Origin: an uncultured bacterium
GTDB taxonomy: Bacteria; Desulfobacterota; GWC2-55-46; DRQE01
Assembly: GCA_965371285.1 (NCBI GenBank)
Contig: CBDUXU010000003.1
Span: 1 to 36,539, forward strand
DNA length: 36,539 nt
Direction: 5' to 3'
Shown: positions 16,469 through 26,130 of the stretch, one piece after another
Position numbering within the stretch: position 1 is the stretch's first letter
Layout: every line of letters begins with the position of its first letter
Notes under the pieces: model-generated
Databases searched by the model: none
What the model was told of the DNA's origin: nothing
The model's input: the letters and a program-made list of their open reading frames with translations, nothing else
Position numbers and translations under genes: made by a program

Positions 16469-17875
16469 CTAATCTCTCCTATAATCATCATCAAATCTCT
16501 TTATATCATCCTCGCCTAAATAAGCTCCGTTTTGAACTTCAATAATTTCCATAACCTTTGTTTTTGACGGGTTTGCAAGCCTGTGTTTTGTCTTCATGGG
16601 AATGTCTACGCTGCTGTTTATTTTCACATCAAAGGTTTTGGCCCCTATTGTGACGCGAGCTGTGCCGGAGATAACAACCCAATGTTCACTTCTTTTTTTA
16701 TGAGACTGGAGGCTTAACCTCTCCCCGGGGTTAACCAAAATCTTTTTTACCTTATAACCAATACCTTCTTCCAAGACAGTGTAACTTCCCCAGGGCCTCT
16801 CCACTGTCCTATGTACTTCGCGCTCCGAGTACTTTCTCTTTTTCAGTTCATCTACTATGTGACGAACATCCTGGGCCCTCTCCTTTGGACAAACCAGGGT
16901 AGCGTCCGGCGTGTCAATTACAATCATATTGTCCAAACCAATAGTGCCTATCACCCTGCCTGAACCAAGGACAAAAGTGTTCCTGCTGCCTAGGTCAATA
17001 GTCCTGCCCCTGATGATATTTCCGTCTTTGTCTTTTTTATATACATCTTCCAATGATGTCCAACACCCCATATCTGACCAGGGGAAGGTTGCCTCAATAA
17101 CAACAACATCTTTTGCCTTCTCCAATATTCCGTAATCAATAGAGATGGCTTTTATATTTTTGTAAGCTTTCTCAATATCACCGTCTTTTAGGTATGTCAT
17201 AAGGCACTTATGAGTCGCAGGGAGGTGTTTTTTAAATTCTTCTAATATAGTTGAAGCCTTCCAGACAAACATACCGCTGTTCCAAAAATAACCGCCTTGT
17301 TTTAAATAAGACTCTGCTTTTTTTAAATCCGGTTTTTCTACAAACCTGTTTACTTTATAAGATTTTGCACTGCCGATTTTTTTAAATAGTTTTTTGGAAG
17401 ATTTTATATAACCGTAACCTGTCTCGGGAGTAATTGGTTTTATGCCGAAGGTTACAATGTGCCCCTCACCAGCTAAAGTTGCCGCAGCCTTAAGTGACTT
17501 TCTGAAATCTCCGCCCCTGCTTATAAGGTGGTCTGAAGGCAGGACTGCCATTATTGCGTCAGGGTCTTTTTTAAGCAGCTGGGCAGCAGCAATACCGATG
17601 GCAGGGGCAGTGTTTTTTCCTACCGGCTCTACAATGTAGTTAATATCTTTGCTCACTTTAATCAAATGGGTTTTTATAACTTCCGATTGGGCACTGCTTG
17701 TGACAATTACAACTTCGGTGGGACCCACAAGAGGAGAAAGTCTTGATATGGTTGATTTAAGCAGACTCTCATCACCAACAACATTTAAAATTTGTTTAGG
17801 AGCACTAACCCTGCTGTAGGGCCAGAACCTGCTACCCACACCTCCGGCAAGTATCACTGCATATAAGTTTTTCAT
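16469..17875 (-). CDS. manC: Bifunctional mannose-1-phosphate guanylyltransferase/mannose-6-phosphate isomerase
   Basis: VILAGGVGSRFWP, GKNTAPA, PSDH, FVEKP, WNSGMF, C-terminal cupin RPWG...SLQSHKKRSEHW. Confidence 0.95.
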   Translation of the reverse strand: MKNLYAVILAGGVGSRFWPYSRVSAPKQILNVVGDESLLKSTISRLSPLVGPTEVVIVTSSAQSEVIKTHLIKVSKDINYIVEPVGKNTAPAIGIAAAQLLKKDPDAIMAVLPSDHLISRGGDFRKSLKAAATLAGEGHIVTFGIKPITPETGYGYIKSSKKLFKKIGSAKSYKVNRFVEKPDLKKAESYLKQGGYFWNSGMFVWKASTILEEFKKHLPATHKCLMTYLKDGDIEKAYKNIKAISIDYGILEKAKDVVVIEATFPWSDMGCWTSLEDVYKKDKDGNIIRGRTIDLGSRNTFVLGSGRVIGTIGLDNMIVIDTPDATLVCPKERAQDVRHIVDELKKRKYSEREVHRTVERPWGSYTVLEEGIGYKVKKILVNPGERLSLQSHKKRSEHWVVISGTARVTIGAKTFDVKINSSVDIPMKTKHRLANPSKTKVMEIIEVQNGAYLGEDDIKRFDDDYRRD

Positions 17876-17891
17876 AAACCACTCTCCCAGT

Positions 17892-18941
17892 TTAGTCCTT
17901 TAAAGTTAGGTCTTTAACATCAAGACTGTTGTCTTTAAAAAGTTTTTTAAATTTTTTTCTGTCTATTTTAATAATTTTCAAAACCCTAAACCTCTTTACA
18001 ATTAAAAAGGGAAGGTAAACAAATGCTACTATATATGACTTCAGTAATGTATAAACCAAAGTAAAAATGGAAATATTACTTTTAAATTGGCTGGCAGCTC
18101 CTTTGTTAGTAAAAACTCCATAAGCTTGATAGAAGTATCTCTTTATAGTATAAAAAATTGACAAAAATGCATCAATAATTCCAAAATTAGCCAAAACAAG
18201 CCAAATCCTATTTCTTTCCACAAGGTAGGCCTTAAATGTTGAATACTTACCAGCCGTGCCTGAGTAATGATGATACAGTACTGCTTTTGGCACGCTAAGA
18301 GCGCTCCAGCCTGCAAGCCTGGCCCTAATCCCTAAGTCCGAATCCTCACAATAAGCAAAAAACCTTTCATCAAAATAACCTATCTCATCTAACATCTCTT
18401 TTCTGTAAAGCGCCCCGCAGGCACTGGGGATGAAAACCTCAGTCAGGTTATCATATTGCCCACTGTCTGTCTCCAACCTGCCTCTGCCCCTGCAAAGCCC
18501 GTCCTTATAGATAAGCAGCCCCCCAACAGAATCAATTAATGACTTATTTTCCATTGATAATATCTTTACTGCCCACATCCCTACAGACTCGCCAGATGTC
18601 TCTATAGAGGAGAGTAGTTCATCAAAAAAGCCTTCTTTTAACACCGTGTCGTTGTTTAAGGTGAATATAAAATCTCCATTAGCAATCTCAAAACCTCTGT
18701 TGTTTCCTCCTGCAAAACCGATATTATCAGGAAGTTCCACTAAAACAACTTCTTTGTAATTATCTTTTAAGAGTTCCACTGAACCGTCAATGGAACCGTT
18801 ATCAACAACAATAACCTCTAACCCTTCATAGGACTGCCGGGCCTGCGAGGCCTGAGAAAAAATTGAATCCAGACAGGGGCCTAGAAAATGTTTGCCGTTC
18901 CAGTTAACTATGACTAGTGATATTTTTATTTTTTCACTCAT
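17892..18941 (-). CDS. Glycosyltransferase family 2 (WbbL/rhamnosyltransferase-like)
   Basis: IVNWNG, VVDNGSIDGS, GFAGGNN, LNNDT, FDERFFAYCEDSD. Confidence 0.9.
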   Translation of the reverse strand: MSEKIKISLVIVNWNGKHFLGPCLDSIFSQASQARQSYEGLEVIVVDNGSIDGSVELLKDNYKEVVLVELPDNIGFAGGNNRGFEIANGDFIFTLNNDTVLKEGFFDELLSSIETSGESVGMWAVKILSMENKSLIDSVGGLLIYKDGLCRGRGRLETDSGQYDNLTEVFIPSACGALYRKEMLDEIGYFDERFFAYCEDSDLGIRARLAGWSALSVPKAVLYHHYSGTAGKYSTFKAYLVERNRIWLVLANFGIIDAFLSIFYTIKRYFYQAYGVFTNKGAASQFKSNISIFTLVYTLLKSYIVAFVYLPFLIVKRFRVLKIIKIDRKKFKKLFKDNSLDVKDLTLKD

Positions 18942-18951
18942 TAAAACCTCA

Positions 18952-20079
18952 TTAAGATGAAAAAGAATTAAAAACTTCTATCGTTGATTTGGCCGTATTT
19001 TCCCATGTGAAAAATTCTGCCCTAGCACTGCCCTTTTCTATTAGTGAATTTTTTTTATCACTATTATTAATTATTGTTAGGATTGCCTCTCCTATTGAAT
19101 CTTCATCGTAGGGGTCAAAGAGAACTCCGCCATCGGCAACTATTTCTTTTAGTGGTTCTATGTTAGAAGAAGCTACAGGTACTCCGCATGCCATGGCCTC
19201 CAGCACAGGCATACCAAAACCCTCATGTAAGCTGGGGAATACAAAAAGTTCTGCTCCGCTGTAAATAGCAGCTACCTCATCAAAAGAGAGCCACCCAAGG
19301 AGTATTACATCATCTTCCAACCCCAGCAGCTTTATATGTTCCGAAATACTACCTTCCCCGTAATCCCTTGCCCCTGTCAATACAAGTTTAACATCAGGCA
19401 AGTCCTTTTTAACCACCTTAAAAACATTTAAAAGTCTTTTATGATTTTTGTGAGGCAAACTTGCAGCGCCGTAATATAAATATCTCTCAGGAATATTATA
19501 TTTTTCTCTCACCTCATATACTTCTCCGCTATCTCTCCTGTAGAATACATCGCTATCAGATGCCAGGTAAGTTGCCGTAACATTTTCCGGAGTTATATTG
19601 TAGTGGCTTGTTATGTCATTTTTGGAATTATTAGACAGGGTGAGTATGTGGTCTGCAGATTTGACACTTAAATAGATAATAGTTCTCAGGAAAAATAAAA
19701 AAACTTTTGAAAAGTTCTCAGGCTGGTTTATATGCTGCATATCAAAAACCATTAACACTGACTTTGCCGGGCAGACAAAAGGGGCGGTAAAACCTCCTGA
19801 GAAGAGTAAATCTATTTTGTGTTTTTTAATTTGAAAAGGAAGAATAAGTTGTTCCCATAAAATCCTTTTTGGCCTGGAACTTGCGTTAAAAGGGCATAAA
19901 ATAGTTTTTATATTGGGTCCAAGTTTTTCAAAATAACCTTTACATTCATTGTTGATAAAGATTAGATAATCATTCTCCTTATCAAGCCTGTCCAGGCACT
20001 TAACAATATTTTTTATGTAGGTCTCTGACCCTCCTACCTTGCCGGGGAGAAGGTATAATGTATTTATACCTATCCTCAC
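18952..20079 (-). CDS. Glycosyltransferase family 4 (MtfB/WbpX-like)
   Basis: GGSETY, PHKNHKRL, FVFPSLHEGFGMPVLEAMACG. Confidence 0.9.
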   Translation of the reverse strand: MRIGINTLYLLPGKVGGSETYIKNIVKCLDRLDKENDYLIFINNECKGYFEKLGPNIKTILCPFNASSRPKRILWEQLILPFQIKKHKIDLLFSGGFTAPFVCPAKSVLMVFDMQHINQPENFSKVFLFFLRTIIYLSVKSADHILTLSNNSKNDITSHYNITPENVTATYLASDSDVFYRRDSGEVYEVREKYNIPERYLYYGAASLPHKNHKRLLNVFKVVKKDLPDVKLVLTGARDYGEGSISEHIKLLGLEDDVILLGWLSFDEVAAIYSGAELFVFPSLHEGFGMPVLEAMACGVPVASSNIEPLKEIVADGGVLFDPYDEDSIGEAILTIINNSDKKNSLIEKGSARAEFFTWENTAKSTIEVFNSFSS

Positions 20080-21065
20080 TAAGCACTTTCACCTTCCAGT
20101 TGTTTTTTCACTTTTACCATATCCGAGTCCATCATTATTCTTACAAGAGTTTTAAAGTCAACCTCCGGCGTCCATTTGAGTTTCTCTCTTGCCTTGGAGC
20201 TGTCTCCAACTAAAGGCAGACCTTCGGTAGGTCTCAGTAATGACTCATCCTGTACAACATAATCTCGCCAGTCCAGGTCAACATAACCGAATGCCTCTTC
20301 TATAAACTCTCCTACGCTGTGAGGCTCTCCTGTGGCAATAACATAATCATCTGCCTCCTGGGCACTGAGCATAGCCCACATGGCTTTTACATAGTCAGGC
20401 GAGTAACCCCAATCCCTAATGGCATCAGTGCTTCCAACTTTAAGCTCCTTCTGGTCTCCTAGTTTAATTCGAGCAACAGTGTCAGTAATTTTTCTGGTAA
20501 CATATTCCTTAGGTCTTCGAGGGGATTCATGGTTAAAAAGGATCCCCGAGCAGGCAAAAATATTATATTTTTCCCTATAACTCTTAACCAGCAGGTGGGC
20601 GTAAAGTTTTGCTGCTCCGTAAGGGTTTCTTGGATTTAATATAGACTCTTCGTTTTGAGGTGTATGCAGGGGGTTACCAAAAAGCTCGCTGCTGGAGGCC
20701 TGGTATAGGCGAGTATCACTCTTAAAACGCCTGATTGCCTCCAGGAGCCTGGCAACAGTGAGGCCAATAACTTCTGCAGTACGGACGGGATTTTCCCAGG
20801 AAATTGGCACAAAAGAAGGGCCTGCCAGGTTATATATCTCATCCGGCTCCACGGTACTTACGACTTTATCCACTGACCCCTGATTTAAAATATCTTCCTC
20901 AAGAATTGTAATATCATCAAGTAAGTGAGAAATCCGTCTTAAACTGTGGTTATCAGCATTATGTACAATTCCGTAAATATCATAACCCTTCTCTAAGAGA
21001 AGTTCTGCAAGGTAAGAACCATCCTGGCCGGCTATACCGGTTATTAAAACTTTTTTTTCTGTCAT
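20079..21065 (-). CDS. gmd: GDP-mannose 4,6-dehydratase
   Basis: ITGIAGQDGSYLAE, QASSSELFG, PYGAAK, GILFNHESPRR, RDWG. Confidence 0.93.
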   Translation of the reverse strand: MTEKKVLITGIAGQDGSYLAELLLEKGYDIYGIVHNADNHSLRRISHLLDDITILEEDILNQGSVDKVVSTVEPDEIYNLAGPSFVPISWENPVRTAEVIGLTVARLLEAIRRFKSDTRLYQASSSELFGNPLHTPQNEESILNPRNPYGAAKLYAHLLVKSYREKYNIFACSGILFNHESPRRPKEYVTRKITDTVARIKLGDQKELKVGSTDAIRDWGYSPDYVKAMWAMLSAQEADDYVIATGEPHSVGEFIEEAFGYVDLDWRDYVVQDESLLRPTEGLPLVGDSSKAREKLKWTPEVDFKTLVRIMMDSDMVKVKKQLEGESA

Positions 21066-21985
21066 GACTGAGAGTTTCCTTTATGAGTAAAAGCTTTTTT
21101 TAAATTTGAAAAACCAAAATCTTTTAAATCTTTCAGCCTAATCCCCTTATTTAATAAAAAATAACTTAGAAAGGATATGAAAAATACAATTGGTAACAAT
21201 AAAATTTTCAACTTAGACAAATACTTAAACTTTCCAATCATCAGGTTATAAGTATAAACAAAAACCCTATTAGGTGGTGCATGGCGATAATGTTTCATGA
21301 CAGTGCGAAGCAATTCACCGCTATTTTTTATTGCATGTATTGGTGACACAGTCTTTGAATCTTTGTGCAGCCTGTAGTTAGATAAAAATTCGTTTATAAA
21401 TTTTACCTTATATTTTCTTGACAGCCTTATCCATAAATCATAATCAAAAGTATAATTAAGACTTGTATCAATTCCTCCTACGGCGTCGTAACAAGACTTG
21501 TTTATGAATACAGAAGGCTGACTAATAAAGTTTACTTTTGAGAGTCTTTCCATGTCAAACTCTTCAACCGGGTAGTCGCCGACTGCTTTTCCGGCGGCGT
21601 CAATATAATGAGACCTGCCATAAACAAAAGCAACTTTATCAGGACCTTTTAATAAACCTTCAAACTCTTTAACTGCTCTAGTTACGGCATCCGGAAGCAG
21701 AGTGTCATCGGAGTTGAGCCAAACAATAATGTCACCATCTGCCCATTTAAAACCTTTTTCAATAGCAAAGGACTGACCTTTATCTTTTTTGGACTTCCAC
21801 TGAATTTTATCATTATACTTTTTTAAAACCTCCAAAGTATTATCAGTAGACCCGCCGTCAAAAACCATATATTCAATATTCTCATAGTCCTGTGCAAGAA
21901 CACTCTTTATGGTGTCTTCAATAAACTCTCCCTGGTTAAAGGAGGGAGTAATTATAGTTACCAATGGGTTACTTGAATCATTCAA
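21062..21985 (-). CDS. Glycosyltransferase family 2 (WcaE/WfgS-like)
   Basis: IITPSFNQG, DGGSTD, WLNSDD, QPSVF, DYDLWIR; TTG start. Confidence 0.9.
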   Translation of the reverse strand: MNDSSNPLVTIITPSFNQGEFIEDTIKSVLAQDYENIEYMVFDGGSTDNTLEVLKKYNDKIQWKSKKDKGQSFAIEKGFKWADGDIIVWLNSDDTLLPDAVTRAVKEFEGLLKGPDKVAFVYGRSHYIDAAGKAVGDYPVEEFDMERLSKVNFISQPSVFINKSCYDAVGGIDTSLNYTFDYDLWIRLSRKYKVKFINEFLSNYRLHKDSKTVSPIHAIKNSGELLRTVMKHYRHAPPNRVFVYTYNLMIGKFKYLSKLKILLLPIVFFISFLSYFLLNKGIRLKDLKDFGFSNLKKAFTHKGNSQS

Positions 21986-21999
21986 AATTTAAATACCGC

Positions 22000-23256
22000 C
22001 TATTTATTTAAAATATCAATATACAACTCTTTATAACTTCTAGCAGAGATTATACTGGAAAACTCTTCTAAAGCCCTAGACCTGGAAACCTTTCCCATAG
22101 AAATCCGCTTCTCCTTGTCACGCAATATCAAACCAATAAATTCAACTAGACTTTCAATTTTATAGTGTTTTGCAAGGTATCCGGTGATACCATGCAAAAC
22201 AATATCTGCCGGTCCCGTTATATCGTATGAAACAACAGGCAGACCGCAAACCATGGCCTCTACAAGTGTTTTTCCGAAGGATTCCTGTCTTGATGCACTG
22301 ACAAACAAATCACTTGCACTGTAATATTTACTAAGTTGCTCATCACTGTTTATATGGCCTACATAGTTGACATCCAGGCCGCTGATAACTTCTTTTTTTA
22401 TTTTTTCTGTGCCAAAAACAACCAGTTCTATGTTATCTAAACCACCCTCTGTTTTTAAAAAAGACAGGGCTTTTATAATATCAACGAGTCCTTTATTCTT
22501 GTCAATATCAATACTTCGAGCACCACAAATTACAATAAATGAGTTACTGTTTAAACCTAATTCTATTCTACATTTTTTTGAGTCAAAAGGCCTGAAACTA
22601 TCCGTATCTATGCCGTTAAAAATAAGCTCTTTCCTTAAACTACCCACCAAAGGACTGCTATTAACAAGTCCGTGCAACCAAGAACTAGATGAAACTATTG
22701 TCATATCAGCCCTGCTGTAAACACTATACTTTTTATTCCAAACTTTATTCGACAAATCCGTTTCTGAAACAGAACCTAATATAGGGCAAGCTCTGCATTC
22801 ACTTAAAAACTTTTCGCAATCATAAAACACGTGGCAACCGCCGGTAAGGGGCCAAGAATCACGCATAGTCCAAACTATCTTTTTATTACATTTTCTAAAA
22901 AAGTCTAAAGAAAGAAAACCATTATTTACCCAATGCAGGTGAATAATGTCTGCTTCTTGATACTCTTTTAATTTAGTTATATCTACACCATAAAGGGCCG
23001 GGCTAAAAAGAACTCTTTTTCTTTTTAAATTTCTCAAAACCAAAAACCTATCAAGCCACTCTTTAGTAAAACTTTCTACACTTCTAAAAAAACCATCAGA
23101 ATAAATTCTTAAGTTTTGACTATCCTCAGTTAAAGGGCCGTATTGAGATAAAAACTCTGAATCTACATCAAGAGAGAGAAGCCCCTTATGCAGCCAGTAA
23201 GCCCCTCTAGATGCGCCGCCGCCTAATCCACCACCACTAATATGCAAAACCTTCAT
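22000..23256 (-). CDS. Glycosyltransferase family 4 (WcaC-like)
   Basis: GGASRGA, IIHLHW, WTMRDSWPLTGGCH, ESFGKTLVEAMVCG. Confidence 0.9.
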   Translation of the reverse strand: MKVLHISGGGLGGGASRGAYWLHKGLLSLDVDSEFLSQYGPLTEDSQNLRIYSDGFFRSVESFTKEWLDRFLVLRNLKRKRVLFSPALYGVDITKLKEYQEADIIHLHWVNNGFLSLDFFRKCNKKIVWTMRDSWPLTGGCHVFYDCEKFLSECRACPILGSVSETDLSNKVWNKKYSVYSRADMTIVSSSSWLHGLVNSSPLVGSLRKELIFNGIDTDSFRPFDSKKCRIELGLNSNSFIVICGARSIDIDKNKGLVDIIKALSFLKTEGGLDNIELVVFGTEKIKKEVISGLDVNYVGHINSDEQLSKYYSASDLFVSASRQESFGKTLVEAMVCGLPVVSYDITGPADIVLHGITGYLAKHYKIESLVEFIGLILRDKEKRISMGKVSRSRALEEFSSIISARSYKELYIDILNK

Positions 23257-23276
23257 ATAAACTCTGTCTTAAATAT

Positions 23277-25187
23277 TTAAACTTCCTCGTATTTAATATC
23301 AAAACGTTCAACCCACTCTAATAATATAAAAATTGCCCAGAAATTCTTTACAAGTTTGCCTGCATTAAGAGACTTTTTTACATAATCAGTAAATTCTTCT
23401 GAAAATAATTTCTTTGCAAGGTCTGTGGTCAAACAATTTTCTATTCTAGTTTTTAAAACACTGTTCATCCATGTTGAAAGGGGCAATTCAAAACCCACTT
23501 TTTTTCTATTGTAAGTAGACTCAGGTATATAATCTTTTACAGCATCAACCAAAACAGACTTAAAAACACCACCTTTAATTTTAGCACTGCCTGGCAAAGA
23601 AAAAGCAAGCTCTGCTAATTCATGGTCTAAAAAAACAGGCCTTAACTCAAGAGAATTAAACATGCTGACAGCATCACTATCCCTAAGGAGGGTACTTTTC
23701 ATGTAACCTTCACACTCCGAAAAACTAACTTGGTCAATTATATCCAGGTTCTTCCTCTCTAAATTCCTTAAAAAATTACTGGAAATACTTGACGGCAACT
23801 TCCTAAAATTACCCTCGTTAAACATTAATTTATAAAAAGACTGAGAGAAAAGGCTTCTAAACCTGAGAACAGCTTCACTCCTCGACCCCCCTCTAAGTGC
23901 TGCATTCATAGTAAAAATATTTGGCCTATAGCTATGCAAAAAAGAAAACAAACCATCCAAAGGCAACGGGGGTGATTTAAAAGCCCTGTCTATAGATAAA
24001 AAGTGCCCGTACCCGGCAAAAAGCTCATCACCGCCAAGACCTGAAAGGGCAACCTTAACATCACTACCAGCTGCCCTGCTTACCATAAAGGTATTTGTGC
24101 CGTCCATACTAGGCTGATCAAGGGCTTCAATTAAGTCGTCAATTGAGTATTTTATATCATCAGCAGAAATAATAACTTCACTATGGTCACAACCTATAAA
24201 ATCTGATGCCTCTTTTGCATAACTTAGTTCATCTGTTACTTCACCGGTTTCACTAAATCCAACGGTGAAACTCTTTATTGGATTTTTTACATAACGACTC
24301 ATAAAAGCAACTATGGCTGTTGAATCCACGCCGCCGCTTAAAAAAGCGCCTACAGGCACATCAGAAACCATATGTGCTTTTATGGCATCATCAAACTTTT
24401 CCCCCACCATTACTACGAGTTCATCGTAGGGAATATCTTTTAGTTCACTTTTTAAGTCTTTAGTATCATCAACTATGTTCCAATAGCTATTAATCTCAAC
24501 AGTCTTGTTACTATCACCAACAATCATATAAGAAGCAGCAGGTAACTGAGCAACTCCCTTAATAAGAGTGCGGGGCTGATAAACAGAACCTGTTTGTAAA
24601 TACATTGCAAGAGACTCGTTATCAATAATTCTTTCAATAGTTCCGGAAGCAAAAAGTGCCTTCAACTCCGAAGCAAAAACAAAACCCTGCTTCGTCCTGC
24701 TATATAAGAGGGGTTTAATACCAAACCTGTCTCGCGCAAGAAAAAGGTACGGTTCTTCCGGCAAACCTTTATTATTTTTGACTGCTGGTCCTTCTAGGCT
24801 ATTACTGTCAAAAATCGAAAAAGCAAACATACCTCTCAATAAGTTTAGAGATTTCACTCCCCATTCCATAAAAGAGTAAAGGACTACTTCTGTATCACTT
24901 GTAGATGTAAAAACATAACCAAGAGAAGATAATTCCTTCCGAAGAGCTTCATAGTTATAAATTTCTCCGTTGTAAACAATCGTATATCTCCCTGACTTAT
25001 CTGTCATAGGCTGACTGGCAGAAACAGAGAGGTCTATAATAGACAGACGATTGTGTCCAAGAGAAATATTTAAATCATCATTGGTAAATATACCATCACC
25101 ATCAGGTCCCCTATGGTTCAAAGCACCAACCATTAACTTGGTAACAGATGAATCAAAGTCGCCGTAAGTACCGCTTATTCCACACAT
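23277..25187 (-). CDS. asnB: AsnB-like glutamine amidotransferase (probably glycan amidation)
   Basis: N-terminal MCGI nucleophile, HRGPD, RLSIIDL, NGEIYN, FLSGGVDS, SGLGGDELFAGY; located inside the polysaccharide operon. Confidence 0.9.
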   Translation of the reverse strand: MCGISGTYGDFDSSVTKLMVGALNHRGPDGDGIFTNDDLNISLGHNRLSIIDLSVSASQPMTDKSGRYTIVYNGEIYNYEALRKELSSLGYVFTSTSDTEVVLYSFMEWGVKSLNLLRGMFAFSIFDSNSLEGPAVKNNKGLPEEPYLFLARDRFGIKPLLYSRTKQGFVFASELKALFASGTIERIIDNESLAMYLQTGSVYQPRTLIKGVAQLPAASYMIVGDSNKTVEINSYWNIVDDTKDLKSELKDIPYDELVVMVGEKFDDAIKAHMVSDVPVGAFLSGGVDSTAIVAFMSRYVKNPIKSFTVGFSETGEVTDELSYAKEASDFIGCDHSEVIISADDIKYSIDDLIEALDQPSMDGTNTFMVSRAAGSDVKVALSGLGGDELFAGYGHFLSIDRAFKSPPLPLDGLFSFLHSYRPNIFTMNAALRGGSRSEAVLRFRSLFSQSFYKLMFNEGNFRKLPSSISSNFLRNLERKNLDIIDQVSFSECEGYMKSTLLRDSDAVSMFNSLELRPVFLDHELAELAFSLPGSAKIKGGVFKSVLVDAVKDYIPESTYNRKKVGFELPLSTWMNSVLKTRIENCLTTDLAKKLFSEEFTDYVKKSLNAGKLVKNFWAIFILLEWVERFDIKYEEV

Positions 25188-26128
25188 AAAATGCTACCCT
25201 TTTTATTGATTTCTCTTACTTTACGTCGAAGCTTTAACGTTTCATACAAATGCACTACATTCCAAATACTAGCATAGAGGACTATTGACAAATTTACCAA
25301 AGGATTGCTCGGCCTGAATCTTTTAACCAATACCGTGTTGTCATCTTTCCTATAAAATGGATTACCGGCAATCATTATAATTAAAGCTAACTTTTTTGTA
25401 AAAGATGCCAGATTGTCATGTTTGATTGATAGCTTGATATTATGCCTTATTGCATAGAAACTTGATTTTAATGGAGTATTGCCTAGAGTACCTTCTGAAT
25501 AATGCCATATAGGGATATTAATTTTGATGATTTTAAAGCCAAACTTGGAGGCTCTAATACAAAAATCCGTATCTTCACAGTAAAACAAAAAAGTTTCGTC
25601 TATAAGCCCTATGGAATTAAAGACGGAGCTTTTTACGCAAAAGGCCATACCATCTATAAACTCGCACTCTTCAAAGGATAATTCACTCCAATTATCAGAA
25701 GCTTTATGAAAAAGCTCAATGGGCTCCTTTTTTATCGCACCTATTACATTAAAGCCTATTACTCCAATCTCTTTTGAACTTTCAGCAGCAGCAATGGCAT
25801 TCTTAATCCATCTTTTATCTACAATAATATCATTGCTTGCCAGTGCGATGTAGTCGGCGTCATGTTCCAAGGCATACCTTATGCCAGCATTATTTCCTCC
25901 AGACCATCCACTATTTTTTTTCAAACAAATTATATCAAGATTACTATAGTTCTCTTTTATATAAGCAACCGATTCATCAGTAGAAGCATTATCAACAAAG
26001 ACAATAGTCATGTTCTTGTAATCAGTTTCGCAAATAGGAGCAAGACTGTATTTCAAGTGCTCTATTCCGTTATAATTCAAAAGAACAATAAAAACTGATG
26101 GATTTTTCTTCCTGTTAGTTTCATTCAT
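25175..26128 (-). CDS. Glycosyltransferase family 2
   Basis: VLLNYNG, VDNASTDES, GWSGGNNAG, DETFLFYCEDTD. Start uncertain (ATG 26128, or TTG 26134/26137). Confidence 0.88.
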   Translation of the reverse strand: MNETNRKKNPSVFIVLLNYNGIEHLKYSLAPICETDYKNMTIVFVDNASTDESVAYIKENYSNLDIICLKKNSGWSGGNNAGIRYALEHDADYIALASNDIIVDKRWIKNAIAAAESSKEIGVIGFNVIGAIKKEPIELFHKASDNWSELSFEECEFIDGMAFCVKSSVFNSIGLIDETFLFYCEDTDFCIRASKFGFKIIKINIPIWHYSEGTLGNTPLKSSFYAIRHNIKLSIKHDNLASFTKKLALIIMIAGNPFYRKDDNTVLVKRFRPSNPLVNLSIVLYASIWNVVHLYETLKLRRKVREINKKGSILCVE

Positions 26129-26130
26129 TT

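Noticed and set aside
20866-20874. DnaA-like TTATCCACT in gmd
   Set aside because: An isolated 1-mismatch match within coding sequence, expected by chance.
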